In this document: in pieces, positions 22,985-33,989 of the stretch
How the letters are laid out: every line of letters starts with the position of its first letter
Position numbering within the stretch: the stretch's first letter is position 1
NCBI RefSeq assembly: GCF_001194135.2
Contig: NC_068991.1
Location: 35,571,511-35,623,546 of the forward strand
DNA length: 52,036 bases
Source of the DNA: Octopus bimaculoides
Lineage: Eukaryota
Direction of reading: 5' to 3'
Made by a program: the position numbers and the translations under genes
Notes under the pieces: generated by a model
What the model was told of the DNA's origin: nothing
Seen by the model: only the letters and a program-made list of their open reading frames with translations
The model's database searches: none

Positions 22985-24215
22985 TCCCTATGCAAGATAT
23001 TGATATGAAACTTAAATCCATGTCAATAATGCGAACTATATGCATTGAATTTGTTCCAGAGAAATGAGCAACTACAGACAAAAACATCATTCCCCAAGAC
23101 AGGAGAGTCCTTATGAGACGGAGAATAAAGATCTCCAATCACTTAAATAGACAGCCTAATGACAGCGAAAAAAACAACCCTCCTCAAAGACGTGCTTCTC
23201 GAGATCGAAAATAAACTCAAATTCTCCCATGAAAAGGAAGGGGTAGAAAGAGAAACCAGGGTGGTGAAAAATATAAAAATGAATCCCAAGCCTTCTACAA
23301 GTTTTCAAAAGAGTCTGTCTCGGCGCACTACGAGATAGGGCTACTGTTCGAACAATATGGCTCTTTAACTGCGGACCCCAAGAGGATAAGTGAAGTGCTA
23401 AATAAATAATTCCACAGTGTCTTCCTCTCTCCACTACGAAACGTGCAAATAAACGAGTGTTAAATGTTTTTTAACACTGCAGACCAACATGGGAAACAAG
23501 CAACCATCAGTTACATCGTCAAAAAAGATGAAATTGTAATATCAGCGATTGATGAGATGAGCTCAAACTCAGCAACGGGCCCGGTCGGATTTCCGACTAT
23601 TCTCCTAAGAACTTGCAAGAAGGCTACTGCTGGTACTTTTTCAGAGCTTTCTTGTATGTGAGTAACTTCCCAAACTGTTAAAGAAAGGTATAACGTGCCC
23701 TGTCCATAAGGGAGGAAACAGAGCAAATGCTAAAAATTACAGGCCTATCTCTCTGACTTCACATGTTAGCAAGGTCAGGGATTGCACTGTCAGAAGGAGA
23801 CTGATAGTAGAGAATAACTTTCTCACTAACACACGACAAGGTTTCCGCCCGAGGAGGAGCTACCTCATACAGCTACTACAACATAACGACAGGGTGCTGG
23901 AACAGCAGCTCAACCACTCAAATGTAGATGTGATACTTCTCAGCTTTGCCAAGGCCTTTGATAAAGTTGATCATAGGTTGATATGTCACAAGCTACATGA
24001 CCTTGATGTCATTGCAAAACTGGGAGGGTGGCTGCACGACTTTTTAAAAGACAGAAGTCAGTCGCAGCCAATGGTGCTCTCTCTACGAAGACTTCAATCC
24101 GGAATAGAGTCCCTCAAGGAACTGCACTCGGATCATTACTGTTTGTGGTGGCTCTCTCAGACATGTCCCCAACTGTACAGCCAGCCACCCTCACCAGCTA
24201 TGCTCGGAATCCACA
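22985..24215 (+). mobile_element. CR1/L2-group LINE ORF2 RT fragment (degenerate)
   Basis: NYRPISLTSHVSK, FAKAFDKVDH, RVPQGTALGSLLF. Confidence 0.85.
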
Positions 24216-24299
24216 TGGATTGTATAGGCATGACGCTTTGCTTACTGTTTATAGGTGTAGTGGAGTTAATTTCGGAAGACTTAAAAAAAACTCTTTAAG

Positions 24300-24900
24300 T
24301 TTTTAAGGGTCTAGGACTTTCTATCTCTATGTTAAAAGAATATAGTGAGGTTCATTTTTTAGACGTTATTTTGGACCCTAGTACGCTACTATACCATCTG
24401 TACCTTAAACCTAATGAGAACCTCATCTACATAACTGAAAGTTCTAATCATCCTAAAACAATTATTAACTCTATAATTAAGTGCGCCTCCCTTAGGATCT
24501 CTCTGCTTTCTGCCAATGAAGAAGGCAAAGTGAAATGTACTATGACTTAGCTTTTACAGAAGTAGATTATAAGGATAACATCCAATATATTCCTATTGAT
24601 ACCAATAACGAAGCATATAAGTTATTAGACATCTTAGATTCAAAAAATTATTATTTGGTTTTCTTGAATATTCTAGTTTTCTCGTTTGATCTTCGATGGT
24701 TTTAAAATAGCTTTTTATCTTGGGTATCTTAGGTAAACCCATAGACGAAGTGTTTTATTATTTTAGTAATCTTTTCTCCTTAAATTTTAACTCTTTCCCA
24801 TCAGTTTTACTTAATTTAATATTATTTTGATTCAACATACCTTATCGACTGATGAACCGTTCTTTCATATTTTTTATGTAGCTCTAATTATGCTCATTTT
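24300..24900 (+). mobile_element. Penelope-like element fragment (RT thumb region plus AT-rich tail)
   Basis: HFLDVIL...LYLKPNENLIYITESSNHPKTIINSI resembles the PLE FLD...YRKPT...Y...SNHP motif. Confidence 0.6.
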
Positions 24901-26332
24901 ATTTGGGCTTTTTATTTGATTAAAATTTGTATATTAGATTCTTGGAAAAATTTTCTCAATAGATTACAGTATAGAATAAACGCACAGATTATTTTTCTCA
25001 TTTTAACTAAATTAACTAATCTGATTTTCACGTAGATGTATTTTTCTATAGTTAAAGTGGTCAGTAACTTGGCTGACTTAAATAATATATTTTGGTAATA
25101 CTTGGAACATATTAGACAGCTATTTTTGTCTCGGTAGGCAAAAGTTTAACCGCAGTAGAAAGTCATGAAGCCCCTAACATCATATTTCATTGCCACTCCA
25201 ACCGTATCTTCCTTTTATAATGTCTATATGTCCATTCATCGATTGCCAGCTTTAGTTGACAACGGGCAGTTTACTGCTATATCATGTTTGTTCTCTCTTA
25301 TATTCTTCGCTGTATGGTAGCTCTAAGGAGGATGTGCTTATGTTGATTTTCCTGATTTATGTAATTCTATAGTCCGATTAAATATGAATCGATCAATACG
25401 CATTAACACACATCTTTATATTACGCATTATATTATGTAACACTCGCACATCTCAAACGATCATAAATTATGACTTAAAAACGTAACATTTTCTACTCCT
25501 CCTTGTACTTCACACATATACACATACGCACCTACATTGCGTACATGTATACATATCATGTGTGTGTGTGTGTGTGCGTGTGTAAATTGCGTATGTGTGT
25601 GCAAATGATGAATGTGTGTGTGTGTGTGATGACGCGCTGCATGCAATAGGTCACACATAAACCCTAAAACCTATTAAATGATCGAGTCTTTGAAAATTAA
25701 ACCGTCATAACCAATAGGTTTGCTTTGCGAGTAGCAGGGCAAAACTAAAACGCATCAAAAGACCGGATGAACCCAGTATAAGATCAACGATTATGTAGCA
25801 ATAGGACAAAGGGGCATAAAATTAGCCATAGTTTCTCTGTCGGAAATTATGGCTTAGGTTTGACACAGGCTAGGAAATAATCACTGAAGGCCCAAAAAGT
25901 AGGGTGCATGTGTAGTATTGAATGTATCCATGCATTTTTGTGGCAACATTGTTTAAGTCAAACAGAGAATGGCAGAATAATATTGAGTATCCTCAGAAAA
26001 TAAGAAAATTCACGTGAAAATGGGTATCGAAAAACCAACGAGAAACAAGAAAACAGTGTAATGTGAGTGCATAAAGGATGACGGGTAAACATATATGAAG
26101 AAGGTGTTGTATGGAAGGTGGACAGCAGAAATTTGAACATTGCTATGTTGCAGGTTTTATACATGTGTTACCAAGTTGCAGGGTGAAGACTATCCACAGA
26201 AACAAAAGCAAAACCTAGTTCTTGTAATGTCTATGGAGTGTGTTGCTGAATGCGTAAGAGAAAGTGGGTACGCAAAAAGAGGAAGGACATGCTAATATTA
26301 GTGTTTACATATAAGGCAGTGAGCTGACTGCA

Positions 26333-26530
26333 TCGTTAGTACGCCTGGAAAAATACTTAGTGGAATTTCGTGCATCTTTACGCTCTGAGTCCAAATTCCG
26401 CTGAAATGAATTTTGTTTTTCAACCTTTCGGAGTCGATAAAATAAGTCCCAATTGAGCACTAGAGTCGATGTAACCGACTTACTCCATCTCGCAAAATTG
26501 CTGGCCTTGTGCCACAGTTTGGGACCAGTA
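26333..26530 (+). mobile_element. SINE family 1, diverged
   Basis: Colinear with 2155-2364 and 35494-35796. Confidence 0.75.
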
Positions 26531-26881
26531 TTAGTGTTGATATATGCGAAAAAGAGTGTTCACTATAAAAAGAAAACAAAAGAGAACACAAAAGAAGAAG
26601 AAAAAAAACAAGATGAATGCGCAAGCAGAGAAAAATTAAAATGCGAAACAAAAGATGCATATACTTTAAACAAATGAAAGAAACAGAAAAATATACATAG
26701 AGTTTGTTACCGAGAAGCAGATTTTGAAATGGAAAATCGTAAGGAGATGTAAAATAGTTTCTAGAGAAACTTGGAATCCGAGTATGCAAAGCGGATTCTG
26801 AATCTTTGGACGGGAGATGAAAGCTATGTAACTTTATATTGTTTTCCAAATCAGGCTTCTGTTTTTTAAGCGGTGTGGTTC

Positions 26882-27054
26882 TTAGGAGTTCGAAGCTATT
26901 ACTTGATCACAAAACTTCGAAACTTCATCAAAGTTGCAGTTTTTGTAAAGTGTGATCACTAGTTGAAACATTTTGTATATTGTAACTGCATCGGATGTCG
27001 TGTGTTGGAAACGGGGCTGTGCAGATCGATTCTTCTCTGGGGCCATTAGTCTAC
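26882..27054 (-). CDS. Candidate orphan terminal exon (GRLMAPEKNRSAQPRFQHTTSD...NS*)
   Basis: Good acceptor TTTGTTTCATTAATCTCTCAG and a phase-1 open frame in non-repetitive DNA. No homology recognised. Confidence 0.25.
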
Positions 27055-27201
27055 CTGAGAGATTAATGAAACAAATCATGAAAGATATCCAAAGGAAATA
27101 TTAGAGTAGATTAAGTTCATCAAAATAAAACCTTGTAATCTGATTGTATTAGAAAGTGTGCTCACCATAATAATTTAATAATATTTTGTGTGGCTTTGTG
27201 T

Positions 27202-27264
<63 letters not shown>

Positions 27265-27309
27265 NNNNNNNNNNNNNNNNNNNNNNNNNNNNNNNNNNNN
27301 NNNNNNNNN

Positions 27310-27371
<62 letters not shown>

Positions 27372-27464
27372 GGTGAGCGAATAAATATGAGAGTCCTCTA
27401 CTATTTTTAAGTTAAGTTTAAGTTAGTAGTAGTGTATTCTTTCTCCATGCTTTTTCAACATCTG

Positions 27465-27945
27465 CACTGAGTGGATATTGCAGGAAATAATACAAGAAGA
27501 AATACATGGTTTGCATATTTCTAATCTAAGGTATGCAGACAATGCTGCCCTACTTGCTGGACTGCAAGAAATGATAGAGTCAAGAAGGCATCAAATACGC
27601 ATGTCTCTATTTAAACCATAAGGAAAAGGGAAAGTAAGGGTTAACATCAACATGGGCAGTAAGAGGCTCGAACAGGTTGAATTGGAGCGCAAGTCTCTGA
27701 TGAAGCCACATGAAAGAAAGAAAATAGGATATGGTTAGCCATGACAAGAACGTTCATGGAAAAACTTAATAACATCTGGACCAGCAAAAGTGTCCAAACT
27801 AAGTTAAAAACAAAGCTAATGCAAGCACTCATTTGGCCAATAGGCATTTATGGTTGCGAAGCATGGACTCTAAAAACATTTGATGAGAACATAATCAATG
27901 TGTTTGAAATGTGGGTGTAAAGGACAATGTTACGTATCACCTACA
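27465..27945 (+). mobile_element. RTE-clade LINE RT/C-terminal fragment
   Basis: NLRYADNAALL and LMQALIWPIGIYGCEAWTLK...FEMWV*RTMLRI. Confidence 0.8.
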
Positions 27946-28355
27946 ATCCGGAAAACAGTTTCTGTGGAAACTGGGTTCCCGAGGTGGTTATTAAGCTCTG
28001 CAGTAATTTTGGGAGCTATACTTTTGTGATACTTTCTAACAATTCGCGTAAGAGTCTGACGGTCCCTATCTGTAAATTTTGGTTTTCCAGAGTTTTGTTG
28101 CGACGAGGAGGTTTTTCTCTCTTTCTCAAAGACTGTCATTACTATCGGCTATTTTCGTTGCGCTAGCGCCTGCTATACGAGCACCAACAATTTGACTTCT
28201 TTGAAAGTCCGATAGGTCTGTCATTTTAATGAATTTTAATTACCTTCTTCTGATGATATCTGGAAAAGAACAGCAATTTTAACAAAACATATCAAGCAAC
28301 ACTAATAATAAATTAAAAAAAACGGTTTTATAGATATTCAAAAATTATGATGCTA
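27946..28355 (-). mobile_element. 5' fragment of the same Tc1-like family as 16342-17502
   Basis: Reverse complement matches about 16365-16830 (EKERKTSSSQQNSGKPKFTDRDRQTLTRIVRK) with an internal deletion of about 30 bp. TIR lost. Confidence 0.85.
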
Positions 28356-28598
28356 TGATGCTGTATATGTGTATGCATGTATGTGTATATCTATATGTGT
28401 GTATGTATATATGTATATGTTTATGTTTATATGTTTATATGCCAACCGTGAACTACAAAATAACTTTTTTCAGTTTATCGTACTTCGATACGGGAAAAAT
28501 TCACAACCTTCGGCACCAATAATGGTTTCTACGCATTTTGATCGAATCGTCCGTGTGTTAACATGGGCCTCCTAACTCCATATAATCAAGATATACTT

Positions 28599-28677
28599 GG
28601 TCTGAAGAGTAGCCTGCGGCATAAACCTGGCTTGGATAATTACTACTTCGGAAGTTCAAAATGAAACATATGTAGCC
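28599..28677 (+). ncRNA. Type I hammerhead ribozyme-like motif, canonical core, stem II closure uncertain
   Basis: ggt-CTGAAGA(28602-28608)...GAAAC(28663-28667)-ATAT-GTA-gcc. Confidence 0.55.
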
Positions 28678-28729
28678 CGGATTTTATCTACTCCATTCCT
28701 TAATTTATATATATATATATATATGTATA

Positions 28730-28970
28730 GTTGAAATTTATAGAAAAACAAAAAACGAAGACAGGTGTATGAACAACAAGTAAGTGTATTAGTTTGACGC
28801 TCAAGAAAATGTAAAAGTCCTTTACGTTTCGAGCCTACGCTCTTCAACAGAAAAGAAGAGCGTAGGCTCGAAATGTAAAAGACTTTTTCATTTTCCCGAG
28901 TGTCATACCAATACACCTGCTTGTTGTTTATACACTTGTCTTTGTCTTTTGTTTTTCTATAAATTTCAAC
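28730..28970. repeat. Near-perfect palindrome (arms 28730-28845 and 28855-28970) with a hammerhead-like variant at its centre
   Basis: TTTCGAGCCTACGCTCTTC-aacagaaaa-GAAGAGCGTAGGCTCGAAA. Minus strand reads ttt-CTGTTGA-A-GAGC-GTAG-GCTC-GAAAC-GTA-aag. Confidence 0.85.
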
Positions 28971-29322
28971 GATATATTATACGATATATTCCCGCTGGAT
29001 TTCAGCTACTCGATAAACAAAAAATAACGGAAAATAATAAAGTATATTGATTAATACCCGGAAATTTATGACTTGTAGTACCAACTAATATACTAATATC
29101 ATAGGTATTAATATAAACTCTAACCCACTTATTGTGGACTTTTGTATGAAAACCGTCAATAGAAAACATATCACATTTTTATATGAATATATATATGTTT
29201 GTGTATAATTATTATAATTATATAAAAAGAATAATACGAACTGCTGCAATAATACTCCCTTCTCAACATATGTAATACGTATGTACCTATGGGTATGTTT
29301 GTACGTATATTTATATGTATGC

Positions 29323-29384
<62 letters not shown>

Positions 29385-29722
29385 ATACGTATATATATAT
29401 ATATATATGTATTCCTTATGTATATACCTTTTCATTCCTACATAACTACAATAATATTAAGATACATTGATTTTTTAAATTGCACTATTATTTCTCTTTT
29501 AATAACTTGCTACTACCTCTGTTTATACTTTATCTAATAAGAATAATATAATGTAATACACCTAATAATAATAATACTTGATTCCTTTGTATGCATATAC
29601 ATATACATATGCATATACATTTAAATATATGTATATGTGTTTATGTATATTTATGTATATGTAAAAGTTTGTATATATGTATGTATTTATATTTATAACT
29701 TAACGTTATGAACTTTCTAAAC

Positions 29723-29839
29723 TCTCTGACGAAGCCCAGAGACACACCCAAGTACCTTAATCTAGCAAATACTTCAGTTCACTGGAGGGGTAAAAGTAGA
29801 ATAGGGTACTATGGCCTCTTGGCTGAAACAGCTGTAAGA
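29723..29839 (+). ncRNA. Type I hammerhead ribozyme, best-preserved copy, extended stem II
   Basis: tct-CTGACGA(29726-29732)-agcccagag...agtacc/ggtact...ctcttggct-GAAAC(29825-29829)-AGCT-GTA-aga. All core bases are canonical and stem II pairs 8/9. Confidence 0.75.
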
Positions 29840-30524
29840 TATTATCCTACTTTCTATGCTCTACGTTATATATTTTAATAATTACTGGTATTTTATATTT
29901 TATATATTATGTATGTAAAGCATAATATGTTATACATATATGTATATTGTTATAATTGTCTTTTTAAAAAATAGACATAATATAATGTCTAAAAGTTGAT
30001 GAATGCCACCTCTTGATCTTCTCCATTTTCTTATTGCTATATATANNNNNNNNNNNNNNNNNNNNNNNNNNNNNNNNNNNNNNNNNNNNNNNNNNNNNNN
30101 NNNNNNNNNNNNNNNNNNNNNNNNNNNNNNNNNNNNNNNNNNNNNNNNNNNNNNNNNNNNNNNNNNNNNNNNNNNNNNNNNNNNNNNNNNNNNNNNNNNN
30201 NNNNNNNNNNNNNNNNNNNNNNNNNNNNNNNNNNNNNNNNNNNNNNNNNNNNNNNNNNNNNNNNNNNNNNNNNNNNNNNNNNNNNNNNNNNNNNNNNNNN
30301 NNNNNNNNNNNNNNNNNNNNNNNNNNNNNNNNNNNNNNNNNNNNNNNNNNNNNNNNNNNNNNNNNNNNNNNNNNNNNNNNNNNNNNNNNNNNNNNNNNNN
30401 NNNNNNNNNNNNNNNNNNNNNNNNNNNNNNNNNNNNNNNNNNNNNNNNNNNNNNNNNNNNNNNNNNNNNNNNNNNNNNNNNNNNNNNNNNNNNNNNNNNN
30501 NNNNNNNNNNNNNNNNNNNNNNNN

Positions 30525-31960
30525 GCTCCTGAAAAATAGAGGGCATGGAGCTCTAAAATGTGGGAGTTAAGGCCCCTATTGGGGCTGGGTGTCTTAATGT
30601 CAACTAGAGAAGTTGAATTGTTGAGAACCTTTTTGACTTGGGTGTTATATGTATTGTTCGAATTTCTTTGAAATAAGAAATATATGTATGTTCACTGGGT
30701 TTGTAAAAGATAGCAAAGCTACAGGAAACCAAAAGACGAATGATCACAATAAGCAGTCAGCTACTCTATCCTAGTCGTTACTACTCCCCAATGTAGAATT
30801 CCTCACCATACAGGTGGCAGGCACAGCCGTAAGATGCATTACGGATCTATAGCAATTGGAAGGGCGTGACCCTATTAAAATGACAACGTGTGACGTTTGG
30901 AGTAAAGGGAAATGAAAGTGTAGCCTCTGGAGTTTGCAAATGACCACTATACCGATAGGTAAGTAGACAGAATAAATTTACAATCTATAAATGTCTTTGA
31001 ATAACCAGTCACTCATCTGGGAAGGCTTTGAAATCAATGTTACCATCTGGGAACTATGTGTGACACAGTGTTAATAAAAAGACTCAAAGGAGGTCTGCAA
31101 GGAAATAACTTTACTCAATACTTTGCAACTGAATCAGTGGAGGCAAAGATGCCTTTCGTTTACTTGACAATTTATGCACCACATTGCAGAAATCACAATG
31201 TAAGTATATCTCAAAGCAAACTCTTACACTGTTGTACCATTGAATTACAAATAACGCTCATTTTTTGTGCTCGGGCGACCCTACAGCTTCCAAGAGTACA
31301 ACTGTATTCGTCTTTGTTTAGATAGAATGGCTAAATTGTGGGTGCTAAGTCCCCATGAAGAGGTCTTTCTAACTTCTAAGAAGATGAAATTTTAGAAATA
31401 TTACTTCATTTGTGTCTAATATCTATGGTTAAAATTTCATCAACAGCAAAAATATATCCCAAATGTTCATGGGGGTTATGGCCCTTATGCATAGAATATA
31501 ATTTCCAAATTTCATAAAGACCCATTCATTACTTTTGACCTAGTTTTGGATCACAAAAAATGACTAAAATTTGGGAGTTAAGGCCCCCATTAGGGGGTCT
31601 TAGAACCCTCATGAGAAGTGGAAACTTTGAGAATACTTCTTGATGTGTATCAATTACCCATGGTTGAAATTTCATCAACATCGAAAATTTATGGATTTTC
31701 ATGGGGGTTCTGCCCCCTTTAAGCCATCTCAGATTCAAACCAAAGATACTGTATTATACCCGACTTATGCATTGAATCTAAGTTTCAAATATCATAAGTA
31801 TCCATTCATTAATTTTAGTCCATGAAATTGCATGAAACACACAGCATTACTCTTATCTCTAGGCTTGGATTTTGTGTTCCAAATTTCATTAGGATCGTTG
31901 CAGTACTTTTAGAATGTATAAGTAACACACGAACACACATAAAGACATTGACTTTTATAT
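30525..31960. mobile_element. Non-autonomous Helentron/HINE-like element with degenerate internal tandem units of about 240 bp
   Basis: Repeated CTAAAAT..GGGAGTTAAGGCCCC / AAATTTCATCAAC / TTCATGGGGGTT units at about 30550, 31330 and 31565. Ends CCAAATTTCAT...GACTTTTATATAGTAGAT. Class inferred from terminal style only. Confidence 0.45.
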
Positions 31961-31990
31961 AGTAGATATGAATATGCACATATACATACA

Positions 31991-32067
<77 letters not shown>

Positions 32068-32283
32068 AAAAGATAGTTTGAATGATACAAATGAGTGTGC
32101 AAAGAAAAATATGAAAAATATATGCTTAGTGCTTTTTAAAATTTTGATATTCTATCAGTTTCTTGTGAAACCAGCAAGTAATGGGAATGTAAATAAACGA
32201 ACAGCAGTTGTGAAGCGGTGATGAGGGAGAAACACAGAGACAAAGAAACACACATACACTTACATATATACATACATATATAC

Positions 32284-32445
32284 GATTGATTTCTTCCAGT
32301 TTCTGTCTACAAAATCCACTCACAAGGCTTTGGTTGGTCTGAGGCTATAGCAGAAGACACATGCCAAGTCACCACACAGTGGTACTGAACCCAGGACCAT
32401 GTGTTTTGGAACCAAGTTTCTTACTACACAGCCACACCTGCACCT
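32284..32445 (-). mobile_element. SINE family 2 head
   Basis: AAATCCACTCACAAGGC...ACTGAACCCAGGACCATGTG...CACAGCC. Confidence 0.8.
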
Positions 32446-33190
32446 ATGTATGTGTGTGTGTGTGTGTGTATGTGTGTGTATGTGTGTGTGTGTGTGTGTG
32501 TGTGTATGAGTGTATNNNNNNNNNNNNNNNNNNNNNNNNNNNNNNNNNNNNNNNNNNNNNNNNNNNNNNNNNNNNNNNNNNNNNNNNNNNNNNNNNNNNN
32601 NNNNNNNNNNNNNNNNNNNNNNNNNNNNNNNNNNNNNNNNNNNNNNNNNNNNNNNNNNNNNNNNNNNNNNNNNNNNNNNNNNNNNNNNNNNNNNNNNNNN
32701 NNNNNNNNNNNNNNNNNNNNNNNNNNNNNNNNNNNNNNNNNNNNNNNNNNNNNNNNTGTATGCATGTACATATGTGTATATGAATGTGTACATATTACAT
32801 GTACGTCTATATATATACATCTACACATATACTTGTATACATATACATCTATATGTATATATATACATGTATACATATACATGTATGCATATATACATAT
32901 ACATCTATATATATACATGTATGTATATATATACATCTATATATATATATATATATACATATATACATGCATATGTATATACATACATCTATATATATAC
33001 ATTTATGCAGACGTATACATACATACACATATATATATACATAATATATATTATATATATGTAAGTATGTATATATGTATACCTGTACATACATACATAC
33101 ATAAATACATACATGCATACATACATACATACATACATACATACATACATACATACATGCATGCATATATACATACATACTTACATACGC
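32446..33190. repeat. Compound (TG)/(TA)/(CATA)n microsatellite tract; representative of dozens of (CA)n, (GA)n, (TA)n, (GATA)n and (CATA)n tracts, which flank most N gaps
   Basis: Directly visible. Confidence 0.98.
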
Positions 33191-33989
33191 GCAGTAATAG
33201 TTCTCTTTTGTAAATTCGGTCAAGATAACTGGAACAATTTCAGAAAATTACAGACATCATCTCTATTTATGTCGTAATTTGCAGAGACCAACAAATACTT
33301 TTCTTTCCCTTCTTCAATATTTCTTAGAGTTTTTCCTATCAATCAGCATGAAATCGAGAGACGTGTGGACAGTAGGAATCTAATTCAAAGTAATTGAAAC
33401 CGATTCTTAAACGTCAGATAGTTCCCCACCTCCATTCCCCAATAGCATTTATAGTGATGCTATTTTCCTTAGCTGATGTAGGGAACAAAATTAGCATTTT
33501 TACTTTTGTATCATCGATATTTAGACGACTATTTCAGTAACATATATCTGATTTTACATGTATATGGATGTGTAATTTGTATAACATTTATAATATGTAT
33601 AAATATTTATATATAGAAATTATGATGTATGTATGTATGTTTGTATGTATGTTAGTGTGTGTATATATGTAATATGTGCGTGCGTGTGTGTATGTATGTA
33701 GTGTGTGCGTGCATGTATGTATGTATGTATGTATGTTTGTATGTATGCATGCATGCATGTATGTATGTACATATGTGTTTATAATTTGGCCGTATTTCAG
33801 TATGTCAGATTTTCTCTTTTAGAGTGTCATTCTATCTTAATGTGTTTATAGGTATTACTACTAATATATAAAAATTTATAAAACAAGAAAATGGAATGAG
33901 CATGCTTTAATCATAAGTCATAAAAAAATTGTTTCTGTGCATTGGTTACTTTCTGAATTTTCCAGATCATATTGTTACATGAAATATAG

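Noticed and set aside
24849-24855. CTGATGA in the PLE tail as a hammerhead core
   Set aside because: No matching GAAA-stem III-GUH with a complementary stem I found downstream.
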